Assembly (NCBI RefSeq): GCF_004010195.1
Contig: NC_057749.1
Location: forward strand, 8,063,901 to 8,127,900
DNA length: 64,000 nucleotides
Source of the DNA: Chiloscyllium plagiosum
Taxonomy: Eukaryota
Direction: 5' to 3'
Below are positions 49,023-61,234 of the stretch, one piece after another. The stretch's first letter is position 1. The number at the start of each line of letters is the position of its first letter. The notes beneath the pieces are model-generated. The model ran no database searches. It was not told the origin of the DNA and saw nothing but the letters and a program-made list of their open reading frames with translations. The position numbers and the translations under genes were made by a program.

Positions 49023-49782
49023 ACTTATTAACAGGAGGTAAATATGAGTTAACAGAAAAACTGGGGTTGAACACTACACAGAGTATATTAAGCAGCGCAT
49101 GTTGCTCATACAGAACCCATCAATCAACCTACCGAGACTTTAGTGAGACTGTGTAATTACCAATTAACATTAAAACTTTGTTTCCTTTACAAGGGTTTCC
49201 AATTCCTCACTTTCAAAGAGCGAGCATTGAAACTTTCTCAAAACTATTCTGCGAAAGTTTGTCTCCATGATGACTACTCCTTGATAGTTCAATCTTTTTT
49301 CCTAAGACCACATTCCCCAGGATTCCTGAGGTTGCTCACAAGCACATAATTCTTGGCACAATGTAGTCTTTTTTGAACCAGATGGATAGCTTCACTGTGC
49401 TGGGGCTGTCCTGAATTTCCTTGCAATCCAAAAGAGCATTCTATGCTCTCTTCTCCAGCTGAGCTAACCACTCCTGAGATTGCTTTCTATTGTTTTTCCA
49501 GGCTGCACCTCAGTGTCTAAACGCACAACATGGTCCCATTACCTTAGCCACATAGCTGCCAACAACTTCTTCTTCCCAGCTACTCAATCTCTACTCTCAG
49601 GATTTGGGCTTCACAACTGTCAGCATTGATCTTTGTACTGAAGACCAAATATGTAGCTTGTATACAGAACTTGTGACTCAGAAGTAAGAATGCTACCAGA
49701 CAGAGGAACGGCTGACAACTCATGCACGGCTTCATTTGTTAAACTTCCCAAGTAATTTATACAACATAGTGTGTGTTGATGC

Positions 49783-50098
49783 ATAGAATCCCTACATTGT
49801 GGGAAGAGGCTGTTCGTCCATCCACTGTCCGAAGAGGATTCCACCCAGACTCACCCCCACACCCCGATCCCTATCCCCCCTAACCCTGCATTTCCCATGG
49901 CTAATGCACCTACTCTGCACATCCCTAGACATGATTGTCAACTTAGCATGGCCAATTCACCCTAACCTGCACATCTTTGGATTGTGGGAGGAAACTTGAA
50001 CATCTGGCAGAAACCCACACAGGCATCCAAGGGTGGAACTGAAACCCGGTCCCTGGCGCTGTGAGATGGCAGTGATGGCCACTGAGCCGCTGTGCCAC
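49783..50098 (-). mobile_element. HE1 SINE
   Basis: Reverse-complement HE1. Confidence 0.88.
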
Positions 50099-50906
50099 TC
50101 CTGAAATGAAAATCAAAGTGGTTTGGTGTTGTTTGCCAGTGTTGCATAACTGGCCATGGAAAAGCATAGTTCTGGTGAGAATGGACTACTTCCATCATAA
50201 CAAACAAGTGAATTGGCTGCTCAATTTTAGCTGATCGTGCTCAGTTTTCTTTTCCTTTGAGTTCGACGGACAAGCAAATGGGGCAATTTGTTACAAAGCT
50301 TTGTAAGAAATGCTGACAAAGACTAATGTCTGTGCCCCTGCGAGCTTGCATTAACAAGGGTTTGCCAAACGCAATTTCCAGAAACGAACCTACTCCACGA
50401 AACAAAACCTTCTTTTTTTTTGTGCTGACAACTTGGGATCATTGAAATAGTAAATTGTTTGTACTAAACCGTCCAGACTGGAAAATCAATTGCTAATCTG
50501 TGCTGAGTTAACTGAGCTCATGCCAGGGCAACAGCTGGGGTTTGCATTTGGCCTTAAGGCAAGAGAGCAACAAAAAAATGAGACACATTTCCTGGTCTTA
50601 TTTGCTATTTAATGAAGCTCTGCTGGAAAATGCCTGCGGTCAGAACTGCGTGCAACAGTGCTGCCTTTTACAGTCAAATAGCATATTGCAACTCACACAC
50701 CATGAACAGCCATTTAAGCAAGTGGCCGTGAATCCTGATGAAAATCCAGACTCTCGGGGGGGAAGCTGTAGAGGAAATTGGAGAATAAAATAGCACATGT
50801 GTTTAAGAATTGTTATTTCAGACTGAGGGAAAACAGGCTCTTTATCTCAGGCAGTGTCTTATGAACTTGTGACTGTAATGATCGGATCATTAATCTAACA
50901 TCCTGA

Positions 50907-52344
50907 TTGATGATGGACAGCAGTGAAAGTATTTTGTTTTGTTTCATAAGGACGGGTAATTATTTTTAATCAGACCACGGCACTCATCCTATCAGGTGGA
51001 CCATTGACGTGTATGAGATGGTGCCAAGACCCCGAAGAGCAAACTGGGATTCAATCTGTCAAGAGACTGGGATTTTTCGAGGTCACTTAGTATTCCCCAG
51101 TCCATTGCCTTCTACCAGTCTACCTGGAAAAATGATGCACTGTTCCTTGCTCCACTTCACATGAGAGACAGCATTTCTCACTTAGACACACTGAAGAGAA
51201 TTGGCTTCCCCTCTGAGAAATAGCTAAAGTAATTTAAAATCAAAAGGTCACTAATTTTCAGTGACTTCCTCAACTTGAACAAATGTTATTCCTTCATTGC
51301 GATTTCATCTATGTTTAGATCTCAGCTTGAGAAAGTCATGTATTTTTCCCTTTTCTGGCAGAAGGAGGTGGCTTGGCTAACTAAACTGCGTTGGTTTGAG
51401 AGTATCACATGCTGGCATATCCTCTGACACGTATGAGTCAGTTGTTACTGAATGAAAGCAAGCTTATCTAAATCTAGCTCCTTGCATTATTCAGACTGGA
51501 AGGAATGCTCCAATAAACGTCTTCTGTTTGACTTGACTTCTGTTTTGCTTTGTTTAAGCAATGGGCGAGGAAACCTACACAAGCCTAACCCTTTAATCTC
51601 TGCATAACATTAGCGTCAGATCTCCAAAGTGCCAGTAGACTATCAGTTGAGACATATGAAGTGGAGCAAGGAATACCACATTATTTTTTGCAGGGAGAAT
51701 GCAATGAAGTGGACTTGATCTTGATAATCCCAAACTCTTCACTCATTGAGTCATAGAGATGTACAGCATGGAAACAGATCCTTCGGTCCAACCCGTTCAT
51801 ACTGACTAGATATGCCAACCCATTCGACTCCCACCTGCCAGCACCTGGCCCATATCCCTCCAAACCCTTCCTACTCATATACACATCCAAATGCCTCTTA
51901 AATGTTGCAATTGTACCAGCCTCCACCACTTCCTCCGGCACGTATCACCCTCTGCATGAAAAAGTTGCCCCTTAGGTTCCTTTTTTATCTTTCCCCTCTC
52001 ACCTTAAACCTATGCCCTCTAGTTCTGGACTCCCCCACCCCAGGGAAAAGACTTTGTCTACTTATCCTATCCATGCCCCTCACAATTTTGTAAACCTCTA
52101 TAAGGTCACCCCTCAGCCTCTGACACTCCAGGGAAAACAATCCCAGCCTGTTCAGCCTCTCCCCAAAGCTCAAATCCTCCGACCTTGGCAATATCATTGA
52201 ATTGAAGTTTGCTCTTTGGAGTCTGGGGCACCATGTCATACACATCAATGCTCCATCTGAAAGGACGAGTGCTGTGGTCTGATTAAAATTAGTTGCCCAA
52301 ACTTATGAAATAACAAATTATGTTTTGCAGCAGTCTGTCATCAA
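50907..52344. repeat. Old long inverted repeat (arms 50907-51163 and 51653-52344), right arm split by a CR1 insertion
   Basis: For example 'tttcataag..ggg.aa.t..tttaatcagaccac.gcactc.tcct.tcag.tgga' and 'ttccttgctccacttca.atg' occur on opposite strands. Confidence 0.85.
51750..52193 (-). mobile_element. CR1/HER1-type LINE 3' fragment with 7-bp TSD
   Basis: TSD tcattga at 51743-51749 and 52194-52200; 'ERLNRLGLFSLECQRLRGDLIEVYKIVRGMDR'. Confidence 0.92.
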
Positions 52345-53500
52345 ATTGGTAGCATGCCCACCTGTTATCCAGAATGCTTGGAGTTCAAGTCCTGTTGTGG
52401 GGCTTGAGCTGAAAACCAGGGCTGCCATTTTAATGGCAATGGGGGGGAAGTGTTGGCCTAATGTTGTTGTTAATAGACTATGAATCGAGCAACACATTTA
52501 ATGTGATGGAAGCCTGGGTTCAAATCCTGCCTTGGGAGCTGGCGGATTTTGAATTCACTAAAAATCTGGAATTATGAATCTAACATGTCCATGAAGCCAT
52601 TGTTGGGAAAGCCCATTAAGTTAGCTGATGTCATTCACATTCAAGTTCTCTTATCTGGTTTATCCTAAGTGTGACTCCACACCCAGGGAATACTAAGGGA
52701 CATCGAAAAAATCCCAGTCCCTTGTCTGATTGAACCCCATTTTGGTCTTCGGGATCTTGGCACCATCTCATACACGTCAAGGCTCCACCTGATAGGATGA
52801 GTGCTGTGGTCTGATTAAAATGTAGTTCATCCCTAATTAGGTGACATTGCTAGCCCAGCTAACAATGCCCATGTCCAGTTAATGATTTTTAAAAGTAGTG
52901 CTGCATTGTCAAAGGTACTGTCTTTTAGATTGAGATTTGACTCAATGACCCCACTTGTCTACTCTCGTGGGTGTTAAAGTTCCCATGGCATAATTTGGAT
53001 GAAGAATATGATAGTTAGCCCCAGTATCCCAACCAATGTTTCTCAAATTAAGATTTGTTTGAGCTGGCTGTGCATAAGTTGTTTGCCATGTTTCCTTCAT
53101 TGTAAGACTGACTGCACCTCACGGCTGACTGACTGCAGAGCTGCTGCCATGGTGGCAAATGGTTAGTACTGCTGCCTCACAGCAGCGGGGACCTGGGTTT
53201 GATTCTGGCCTTGGCTGACTGTCTGTATATTCTCCTGTAGAGTTTGTATATTCTCCCCTGTGTCTGTGTGGGTTTCCTCCCACATTCCGAAAGATGTACA
53301 TGTCAGGTGAATTGGACATGCTAAATTGCCCATTGTGTTAAGTGCATTAGTCAAGTTGAGTCTGGGTAGGTTACTCTTTGGAGGGTTGGTGTGGACTTGT
53401 TGAACCGAAGGGTCTGTTTCCACGCTGTAAGTAACCTAATCAAAAGTATTTCATTCACTGCAAGGGTGGTAGCATGTTTAATAGTTATGCAAGTTGCATA
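52335..53500 (+). mobile_element. Deu-domain SINE containing a nested family-2 SINE (52447-52895) and HE1 SINE (53145-53442)
   Basis: Head 'ggagttcaagtcc...ggcttgagc'; Deu domain 'gtgctgcattgtcaaaggtactgtcttttagattgag...cccatggcataattt'; resumes 'aaagtatttcatt' after the HE1. Confidence 0.7.
52686..52820 (-). repeat. Inverted ~135-bp copy of 50964-51097 inserted in a SINE
   Basis: About 13 differences in ~135 aligned bases by manual count. Confidence 0.9.
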
Positions 53501-53731
53501 TTTTTCTCTCTTCTGATCTGTCATACAATCATGCTAAATAATGCTGGACATTGCATGTTCTCTGGCAATGAAAAGGATTTGATATACCACCTTAGTAATA
53601 AACTGTGCTCTGGCTCTGCTCTATAATGATGTATATGTTCATAAATACCTCTTTGTGTGATAGAACACTGGAAAGTGAAAGAAAAGACATCTTCCCTGTA
53701 TAAGGATGATATAACTCAGGCTTTGGTCTTA

Positions 53732-54020
53732 CGGGCACAGTGGTTCAGTGGTTCGCACTGCTGCCTCACCGCACCAGAGCAGTGGGTTCAATTCCAGCCT
53801 CAGGCGACTGTCTGTGCGGAGTTATCACATTCCCCTGTGTGTGCTTGGGTTTCTTCTGGGTGGTCCAATTTCTTCCCACTGTCTAAAGATGTTCAGGTTA
53901 GGGTGGATTACAGGGTAACAGGGACAGGGAAGGAGTGTGGTCTGGGTGGAATGGTCTTTGGAGGGTCAGTGTGAACTCAATGGGTTGAATGGCCTGATTC
54001 CATTCTGTGAGGATTCTATG
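53732..54020 (+). mobile_element. HE1 SINE, diverged
   Basis: HE1 head and tail 'gggattctatga'. Confidence 0.85.
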
Positions 54021-54484
54021 AACTGAAGGCACTGCCACCAATGGTGAAGCCATCTAAATATCAGGAGGAAGATCAGAACTGGAGGAACACAGACAGATCT
54101 TCGGTTTTTCAGCGCTAGAGGATGTTACTGAGAGAAGGAGGAATGCAATAATGAAGAGTTTTTTTGTCAAGGGAAGGGTGGAAACTTTGTCACTGTAAGA
54201 CATTGCCAGCTCAGGATTCAGTGTTGGCCATTGGTCATGACAGGAGGGATCTGGAAGACGTGGATGCATGCAGTTCATCCGAGAAAGTTGACAGAGATCT
54301 GAATGAGCTGAAAGAGATAATGTAACACTGAAATCCACCCAAACTGGTGATATTGCACTGTCTTTGTGTTGAAGAATCAGGTAATCTAGCACAAAGTGCC
54401 AATTAGGGAAAATATCTCTTTTCTAGTTCCTGATAGTTTCAATAATTTATAAGTATTTTCTAATCAGCCTGTTTTAATATCATA

Positions 54485-54930
54485 TTAGATTTCAGTTTAG
54501 ATTCCCTACAGTATGGAAACAGGCCCTTTGGCCCAACAAGTCCACACTGACCCTCCAAAGAGTAACCCATCCAGACTCTATCACCATATTTACTCCTGAC
54601 TAATGCACCTAACACAATAGGCAAGTTAGTATGGTCAATTCACCTGACCTGCACATCTTTGGGCTGTGGGAGGAAACCAGAGCACCTGAAGGAAACCCAC
54701 GCAGGCACAGGGCGAATATGGAAACTTCACACAGAGAGTCGCCTGAGGTGGGAATCAAACCTGGGTCCCTGGTACTGTGAGACACCACTGAGCCACCGTG
54801 TCACCCAAAAACAAGCCCACGCAGACACGGGGAGAATGTGCGAACTCTACACGGTCACCTAAGACTGTAATCAAACCTAGGTCCCTGGCGCTATGAGGCA
54901 GCAGTGCTAACCACTGAGCCACTATGCCAC
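54485..54930 (-). mobile_element. Two tandem HE1 SINEs (54485-54800 full; 54816-54930 head only)
   Basis: Two reverse-complement heads ('ccactgagccac'). Confidence 0.88.
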
Positions 54931-56889
54931 TCCTTAAATACACATGATATTTTATTGGAAAAACACATTTCCTTTAGGGAAGGCAACTACTGTCCTTACC
55001 TGATCTGGCCTACATGTGATTCCATACTTACAGCAATGTGGTTAACGTCTAATACAAGGCAACAGATGTTTGAATGAGCTCAAGTTTATATAAGATTTAA
55101 GACAGGAGATGGCCAGGAGAGGTCAGTCAATTCTAACAAGGTCCCGGATTGACATCTGGGCCATGTAATAATGTTGGGCTGCACACAACGTGCGTATTTA
55201 TCTGGCAATACTTCAGTGGAGTTTTTGAACAGTTCAGAGAATGCAAGCTGACGGGAACAAATAATGAAGAAAAATAGAATTCATTTTGTTTCTAAAGGAC
55301 GGAGTTAAGTATGACAAAAGAGAAGTTGTGCAAAATGCCAAGAAGCAAAGATCAAGGGACAAGTGTCAAATGAAATTAAACCATGATTACATCTCGAATA
55401 TTCTTTTAAATTCAATTTTCGGCATTTAATCACTCATCAGGTGAATATAACATTGGCCAAGTGTTGCAATGTGCTATTTAGAAGCATGAAATGGATGCCT
55501 TAAAGCTTGTTTCCCAAGAGAAACATTCTTCTGCTGACCACATGGATAATTAGTGGACTGTACCATTAAAAATTTGAATGCTCCAACTGAGTAATGTATA
55601 TGGACATGTATTTAATTAATTATGAAATAGGACTGATGGCTCAAAGGGGAAAGATTCTTTAAGGCAATCCAAATTAAGGAGGTATTTGACAAGTTGTGAA
55701 TACAGCAATGAGTTCATCGAATGGGACTTTCTTTGAATCACTGTCCCTCAAAGCGCACACTGTGATTACACCAGAAGGAAGCAAATTCAAGGCAACTCAA
55801 GTGAAAGCTTGACATGAAACGACTTACTGCTTTGCAAAAGAGAAGCAGCATAGTGCAACTTTAATTATTGAAACTTCAGAAATAGAAATTAACGTCACCC
55901 CATGCCAAAGAGTAAGGAAGGGATTGAAACAGACTTAACAGCTGCATAAGCTACAGGCTGCAATTAACACAAGCGCATTTAAGGACCTAACAGGCCAGGA
56001 AGTGCACGAAACTCAGTATGAAAGAATTGTGATTAACTCGAGTTCAAGGATGTGGAACACATTAAAGCGGCTGAAAAGAATATGTTCAAGTGTGGGGAAG
56101 TATTGATTTGAGGAGCTGAGCTGTCTGCCATTAACATGTAAAGCAGATAAAAGGTGGACAGGATTGACCAGGACAGATGTTTAATTACACGATTGGGTCA
56201 AGCAATGATGCAGACTAGAGCTTGGGAAATCACCAGAAGACGTGGATGTATACATTCAACTGAAAAATGATTAAAGGGAAAGGAAAGGGAGGTAATTATA
56301 AATAAGGCACTGGAACAGAGAGTTCAAGTGGAAAATAGAAAAGAACAGAAAATCAGTGCACTTAATTTTACCTGAATTGTTTTTTTATATTATTTCGATT
56401 CCAATGTCTGATGGTAATATTTAACTATGGCAACGGTCTACTTAACTTGCTATTGAACTGTTTGCTCTTTTTTAATCTCAGAATATCACCTCCACTTGAA
56501 TATATTAATGAGATGAAAGCCTCCAGAACAAGTTCTTAACTGGATCTCTGACAGGATGTAACGAAATGGGGCACAAACAATGAGTCAAAAAATGGCCTCT
56601 TGCGCTGGGATCTCTCCAATTTCATGAATCTTTGCAGCCTACTGTATGGCAAAGCAGGTCTCAATGTGGCCTGGGCTGCTCCAGCTCCTACCTTTTATGT
56701 TCCTAAATCCATTTAAACGCACCAACTGAAGATATAGTGAGTGACCATATTATACACAGGAGTGTAATGTGGGCAGATGGAGAGTGTTGAAGAGAAAGAT
56801 TGACAGTGTGGATATTGCATTAGATTTGACAGTCTAATGTCCCAGGTCAATAAAGATACCATTTTTGAAGTGGATAGAGTGAGGACAAT

Positions 56890-57545
56890 TCTGTGGTGAT
56901 GACATTTCTGACCCAGTAATCCAGGGGCACAGATTAACACTCTGGGGACACTAGTTCAAACTCTTGCACATCAGCTGATGGCTAAGTTAATCAAACAAAT
57001 GATCAGGAGTGAAACTCTCAGTAATAGTGACCATGAAATCTTCATCGATGAGCAACATTAATCGTATAAATCCATCAGGTTCACCGATGCCGTTTAGAGA
57101 AGCACACAACTATCCTGACCTGGTCTGGCCTACATGGGACACCAGATTCATAGCAATTTGGCACGGTGGCACAGTGGTTAGCACTGCTGCCTCGCAGCGC
57201 CAGAGACCCGGGTTCAATTCCCGACTCAGGCGACTGACTGTGTGGAGTTTGCACGTTCTCCCCGTGTCTGCGTGGGTTTCCTCCGGGTGCTCCGGTTTCC
57301 TCCCACAGTCCAAAGATGTGCAGGTTAGGTGAATTGGCCATACTAAATTGCCCGTAGTGTTAGGTAAGGGGTAAATGTAGGGGTATGGGTGGGTTTCGCT
57401 TCGGCGGGTCGGTGTGGACTTGTTGGGCCGAAGGGCCTGTTTCCACACTGTAATCTAATATTAAAAAAAAAGACTCCTAACTGCCTTCAATGGTCAATTA
57501 TGGGTGGACAACAATTGTTAGCAGTGCCCATGAAAGAAAATAAAA
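56890..57545 (+). mobile_element. SINE family 2 interrupted by a young HE1 SINE
   Basis: 'cctgacctggtctggcctacatgggacaccagattcatagcaat' [HE1] 'gactcctaactgcc'. Confidence 0.75.
57160..57458 (+). mobile_element. HE1 SINE, young
   Basis: Near-consensus copy with CpGs retained. Confidence 0.95.
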
Positions 57546-57804
57546 TAAGCATACCAATAATATGGAGAAGGCTGAATGATTACATTGATTTAGCTGATGT
57601 CAGCAAGGATAAACAATTGAGGTTTTATAAAGTCATCAACGCTGTGGGCTTTGGGGTATCTCCAGTGAATGTAAGAACCAGGAGCAATACTAAGGCATAT
57701 GGACTTGATGTAGATTGCATTTAAATTGTAATTCTGCTGATGATGATGGCCCACAGTATTCCTTGGATGCCTGGTTTTGAGCTGCTGGATCTCTTCTGAG
57801 TTAG

Positions 57805-58007
57805 GAGAAAGTGAGGGCTGCAGATGCTGGAGATCAGAGCTGAAAATGTGTTGCTGGAAAAGCGCAGCAGGTCAGGCAGCATCCAGGGAACAGGAGAATC
57901 GACCTTTCGGGTATGAGCCCTTCTTCAGGTTTCCTGCTGAAACGTCGATTCTCCTGCTCCTTGGATGCTGCCTGACCTGCTGTGCTTTTCCAGCAACACA
58001 TTTTCAG
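57805..58007. mobile_element. Palindromic PLE family-A mini-element with 14-bp TSD
   Basis: TSD ctcttctgagttag at 57791-57804 and 58008-58021; arms ~57837-57903 and ~57944-58010; minus-strand core CUGAAGA-A-GGG-cucaua-CCC-GAAA-G-GUC. Confidence 0.9.
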
Positions 58008-58194
58008 CTCTTCTGAGTTAGTCCTACTTCACACGGCAGTTATTCAAACAATAAGTTGGAGATTCTCAATGCAAAGAAGGGACTTCATTTCCATAAGGAC
58101 TATGTAGTCATGCACAGATGTGCCTGTGACAATTTGCGTAGTGAGAGCAAGGTCCCCTTGTGTTGATGCTCTTGTCACCTTCAGCAAAACTGGG

Positions 58195-58520
58195 AAGGAG
58201 GTGACATAGTGGTAATGTCACTAGAGTAGTAATTCAGCGATCTGGACTAATATTCTGAATACATAGATTTGGTTATGATCATCGCAAATCCTGATGGGAA
58301 CTCAATAAAAGTTCTGGATTTGAAAGGCTGGCTGTCAATAGTAAGCATTGATGTCCTCAGTGAAGGAAATCTGCTGCCCTTACTTGGCTCACATGTAACC
58401 CAAGCCCAACAACAATAAATTGCCATCTGAAAACAAACTGTCAACCATTTAGTTCAAGGACAGTTAGGGTTAGGCAGAAAGTTCTGGTGCAGTCAATGAT
58501 GGCGATATCGCATGAGTTAA
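58195..58520 (+). mobile_element. SINE family 2, diverged
   Basis: 'gacatagtggtaatgtcactag...gaaggaaatctgctgcccttacttgg'. Confidence 0.65.
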
Positions 58521-58899
58521 TTACGCAGGAGAAAGCCAATGTTGGCAGATATGCCTTTCTGAATTCAGTCAACTTGTTTGCTATTCTCCTGAGTTACTCT
58601 TAATGATGGGCTGGCGAATATATTCTCAATGCTTCATTAAAGCAATCTTCAATATAGAGGAGCACTGGTTCCTCAGCTGATGGAGAGAAGGGGGTGGTAA
58701 TCAGCAAGTTTCCTTGCCCATGCTTGACTATGAGACTTTGTGGGCTTTTGAGCCAATGCTGAGCACTCCAAGGGTCACTCGTTTCCAATCAGCAAGCACT
58801 GGGTTGCCACCCCTGCCGGGTCTGTCCTGTCAGTTAGACAGAGGATGCCAAAGCCGGTGACAAGGAGACTAGAAATTTGGCTACAAGGTACGATTTGAT

Positions 58900-59205
58900 A
58901 ATTATGCGAAATGAAGGTTACAAGGATAGGGTGGATTTGATTGGGATGCTCTCTGAAGGTTCGGTGCAAACTTTCAGATTAGATTACTTACAGTGTGGAA
59001 ACAAGCCCTTCGGCCCAACAAGTCCACACCGACCCGCCACCCACCCAGACCCATTCCCCTACATTTACCCCTTCACCTAACGCTACAGTCAATTTAGCCT
59101 GGCCAATTCACCTAACCTGCACATTTTTGGATTGTGGGAGGAAACCAGAGCACCCGGAGGAAACCCACACAGACACAGGGAGAATGTGCAAACTCCACAC
59201 AGGCG
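58900..59205 (-). mobile_element. HE1 SINE (58976-59205, minus) abutting a plus-strand HE1 tail fragment
   Basis: 'agattagatta...cagtgtggaaacaagcccttcggcccaacaagtccacacc'. Confidence 0.88.
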
Positions 59206-60354
59206 GTCACCTGAAGCTGGTGCCAACAGTGACCCAGGGGCAGATGGTCACTATTGGCAAGGTTTGTAGGCCAAGCCATAGGATTTCTGCTGGATGCAGG
59301 TGAGTGGAGCAGGGATGGATGACACCTGAATTTTAGGCATGTGGCGTTAGAGGCAAAGGCAGGAGGGCTAGCATTGAAAAACACAGTCCTGCCCTAAACA
59401 ACCCAATGCCATATCTTCTGATCAGGTATCAAGCTCCTGTCAATGATCACAATTGCATCAGACTACAGGCCCTCATTGACAATGCCCAGTGTTGGCCATT
59501 TTGGTGTCTTAGGACATTTAAATAATGTTGCTTCTCCCCACCCTTCACATCCTGATGAAAGGCAGCATGGTGGCTCAGTGGTTGGAACTGCTGCCTCGCA
59601 GTGTGGGGTTCAATACCAGCTTGGTGTCAGTCATCCTTTGGGAGGTTTAGCAAGACAAGTCCCATTGAATCTTTCAGCCAACATTGAACTGCCCTGGGCT
59701 CAGGAACGGTCACTCTTACTTGGCTCGTTAATAAGCCTAACTGATATCCTGCAGCCAGTGGGTAGGATTTCCACACTGAGTCCCTCCTGCCACCCCCAAC
59801 AATAACAGGCAGCAGTTACCCCTAACCACCCCCACCCCCAACACCAGGAATCCTATGCTTGCATCCCAAACCCCTGAATCTCCTGGTACCTCCTACAACC
59901 GCGTGGATTCCACCCATTACCAATCCACTACCATGCTCACCACCCTCTGAAAAAATAAGCCTTCACCCAACTTGCTGGCCATTCACTTCCATGCGCCCAT
60001 GACCTCCATTTCAACTCGACTTTCCTTCTGCAACGAGCCATAATTAAATAACTGCTAGAATCATCTCTAACACCAGACTCGCTGTTGACTGGGAGAATCT
60101 ATCCCGGTGCTCAGAAGGATTGATGACTGTTCCAAAGCGAGATCAATATCAATGTTTTTATTCAAGAATATGTTCATTTAATTCCCAATTGGTATTTTTG
60201 AAAATTATGTCTTCAATTCACAGAAGAGCGATTAAGTAAAATGACATCAAAATTAAAAGGCAGGAACATGTTATGCACCCCATCAGTAACTATTCTCTGT
60301 TGCACAGGCTGTGGTTTGAAGTATTCTGCAGTGATATGAAGATGTGAAGTCACG

Positions 60355-60850
60355 GAATCACACAGCACGAAAACAGACCCTTAAGTCCAACTTGTCCACG
60401 TCGACCAGACTTCCCAATCTGACCTAGTCCCATTTGCCAGCATTTGGCCCATATCTCTCTAAACCCTTCCTATTCATATACCCATCCATATGCCTTTTAA
60501 ATATTGGAATTGTACCAGCCTCTGGTAGCTTGTTCCATACACGCACCACCGTCTGCATGAAAATGTTGCCCCTTAGGTATCTTTTAACTCTTTCCCCTTC
60601 AGCTTAAATTTATGCCCTCTAGTTTTGAACCCCTCCCACACTAGGAAAAAGACCTTGGTTATTCACCCTATCTATGCCCTTCATGATTTTATAAACCTTC
60701 TCCCTTCAGCCTCTGATGCTCCATGAAAAAAATGCCCCAGCCTATTTTGTCTCCCCCTATAGCTCAAACCTTCTAATCTCAGCAATATTCTTGCAAATCA
60801 TTTCTGCATCCTCTCAAGTTTCACAACACCCTTCCTATAGAAGGACAACC
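60355..60850 (-). mobile_element. CR1/HER1-type LINE 3' fragment
   Basis: 'cccatttgccagcatttggcccatatctctctaaacccttcctattc'. Confidence 0.88.
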
Positions 60851-61043
60851 ACAACTTTATGCAGTATTCCATTATTGGTATCTTTTGCAGACCAGTTTAA
60901 GAGGCAACATTTCAGATGGTCTAGTCCTTGCTTGCTCATCACAGCACCCCCTAACATCTTGATCATTCACAGATAAGTGTAGATGTCAGGTGTGTCTCAG
61001 TAGGCAGCAGTCTTATCTCTGATTTAGAAGATTGTAAGGTTAA

Positions 61044-61123
61044 GATGTGGAGGAGCGGTTGTTATAATCGAACAGGTTTATTTGGAAGCACTAGCTTTTG
61101 GAGCGCAGCTCCTTCATCAGGTG
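61044..61123 (-). mobile_element. PLE family-B terminus with mutated hammerhead
   Basis: Minus strand CAC-CUGAUGA-A-GGAGC-ugc-GCUCC-AAAA-GCUA-GUG (GAAA>AAAA). Confidence 0.75.
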
Positions 61124-61234
61124 GATCGCTTCCTCAGATCAAGACTCACTCACATACTGTTTTTCACTCCAGTGCAATAGTGTAGGAGTGGTGCACATTT
61201 GTGAGGATCTATATTTGAGATGTTAACTCCATGT

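Noticed and set aside
54054..54392. 112-aa minus ORF, and plus-frame peptide DLEDVDACSSSEKVDRDLNELKEIM
   Set aside because: No recognisable homology; the plus frame stops before the nearest donor (cag|gtaatc, ~54380).
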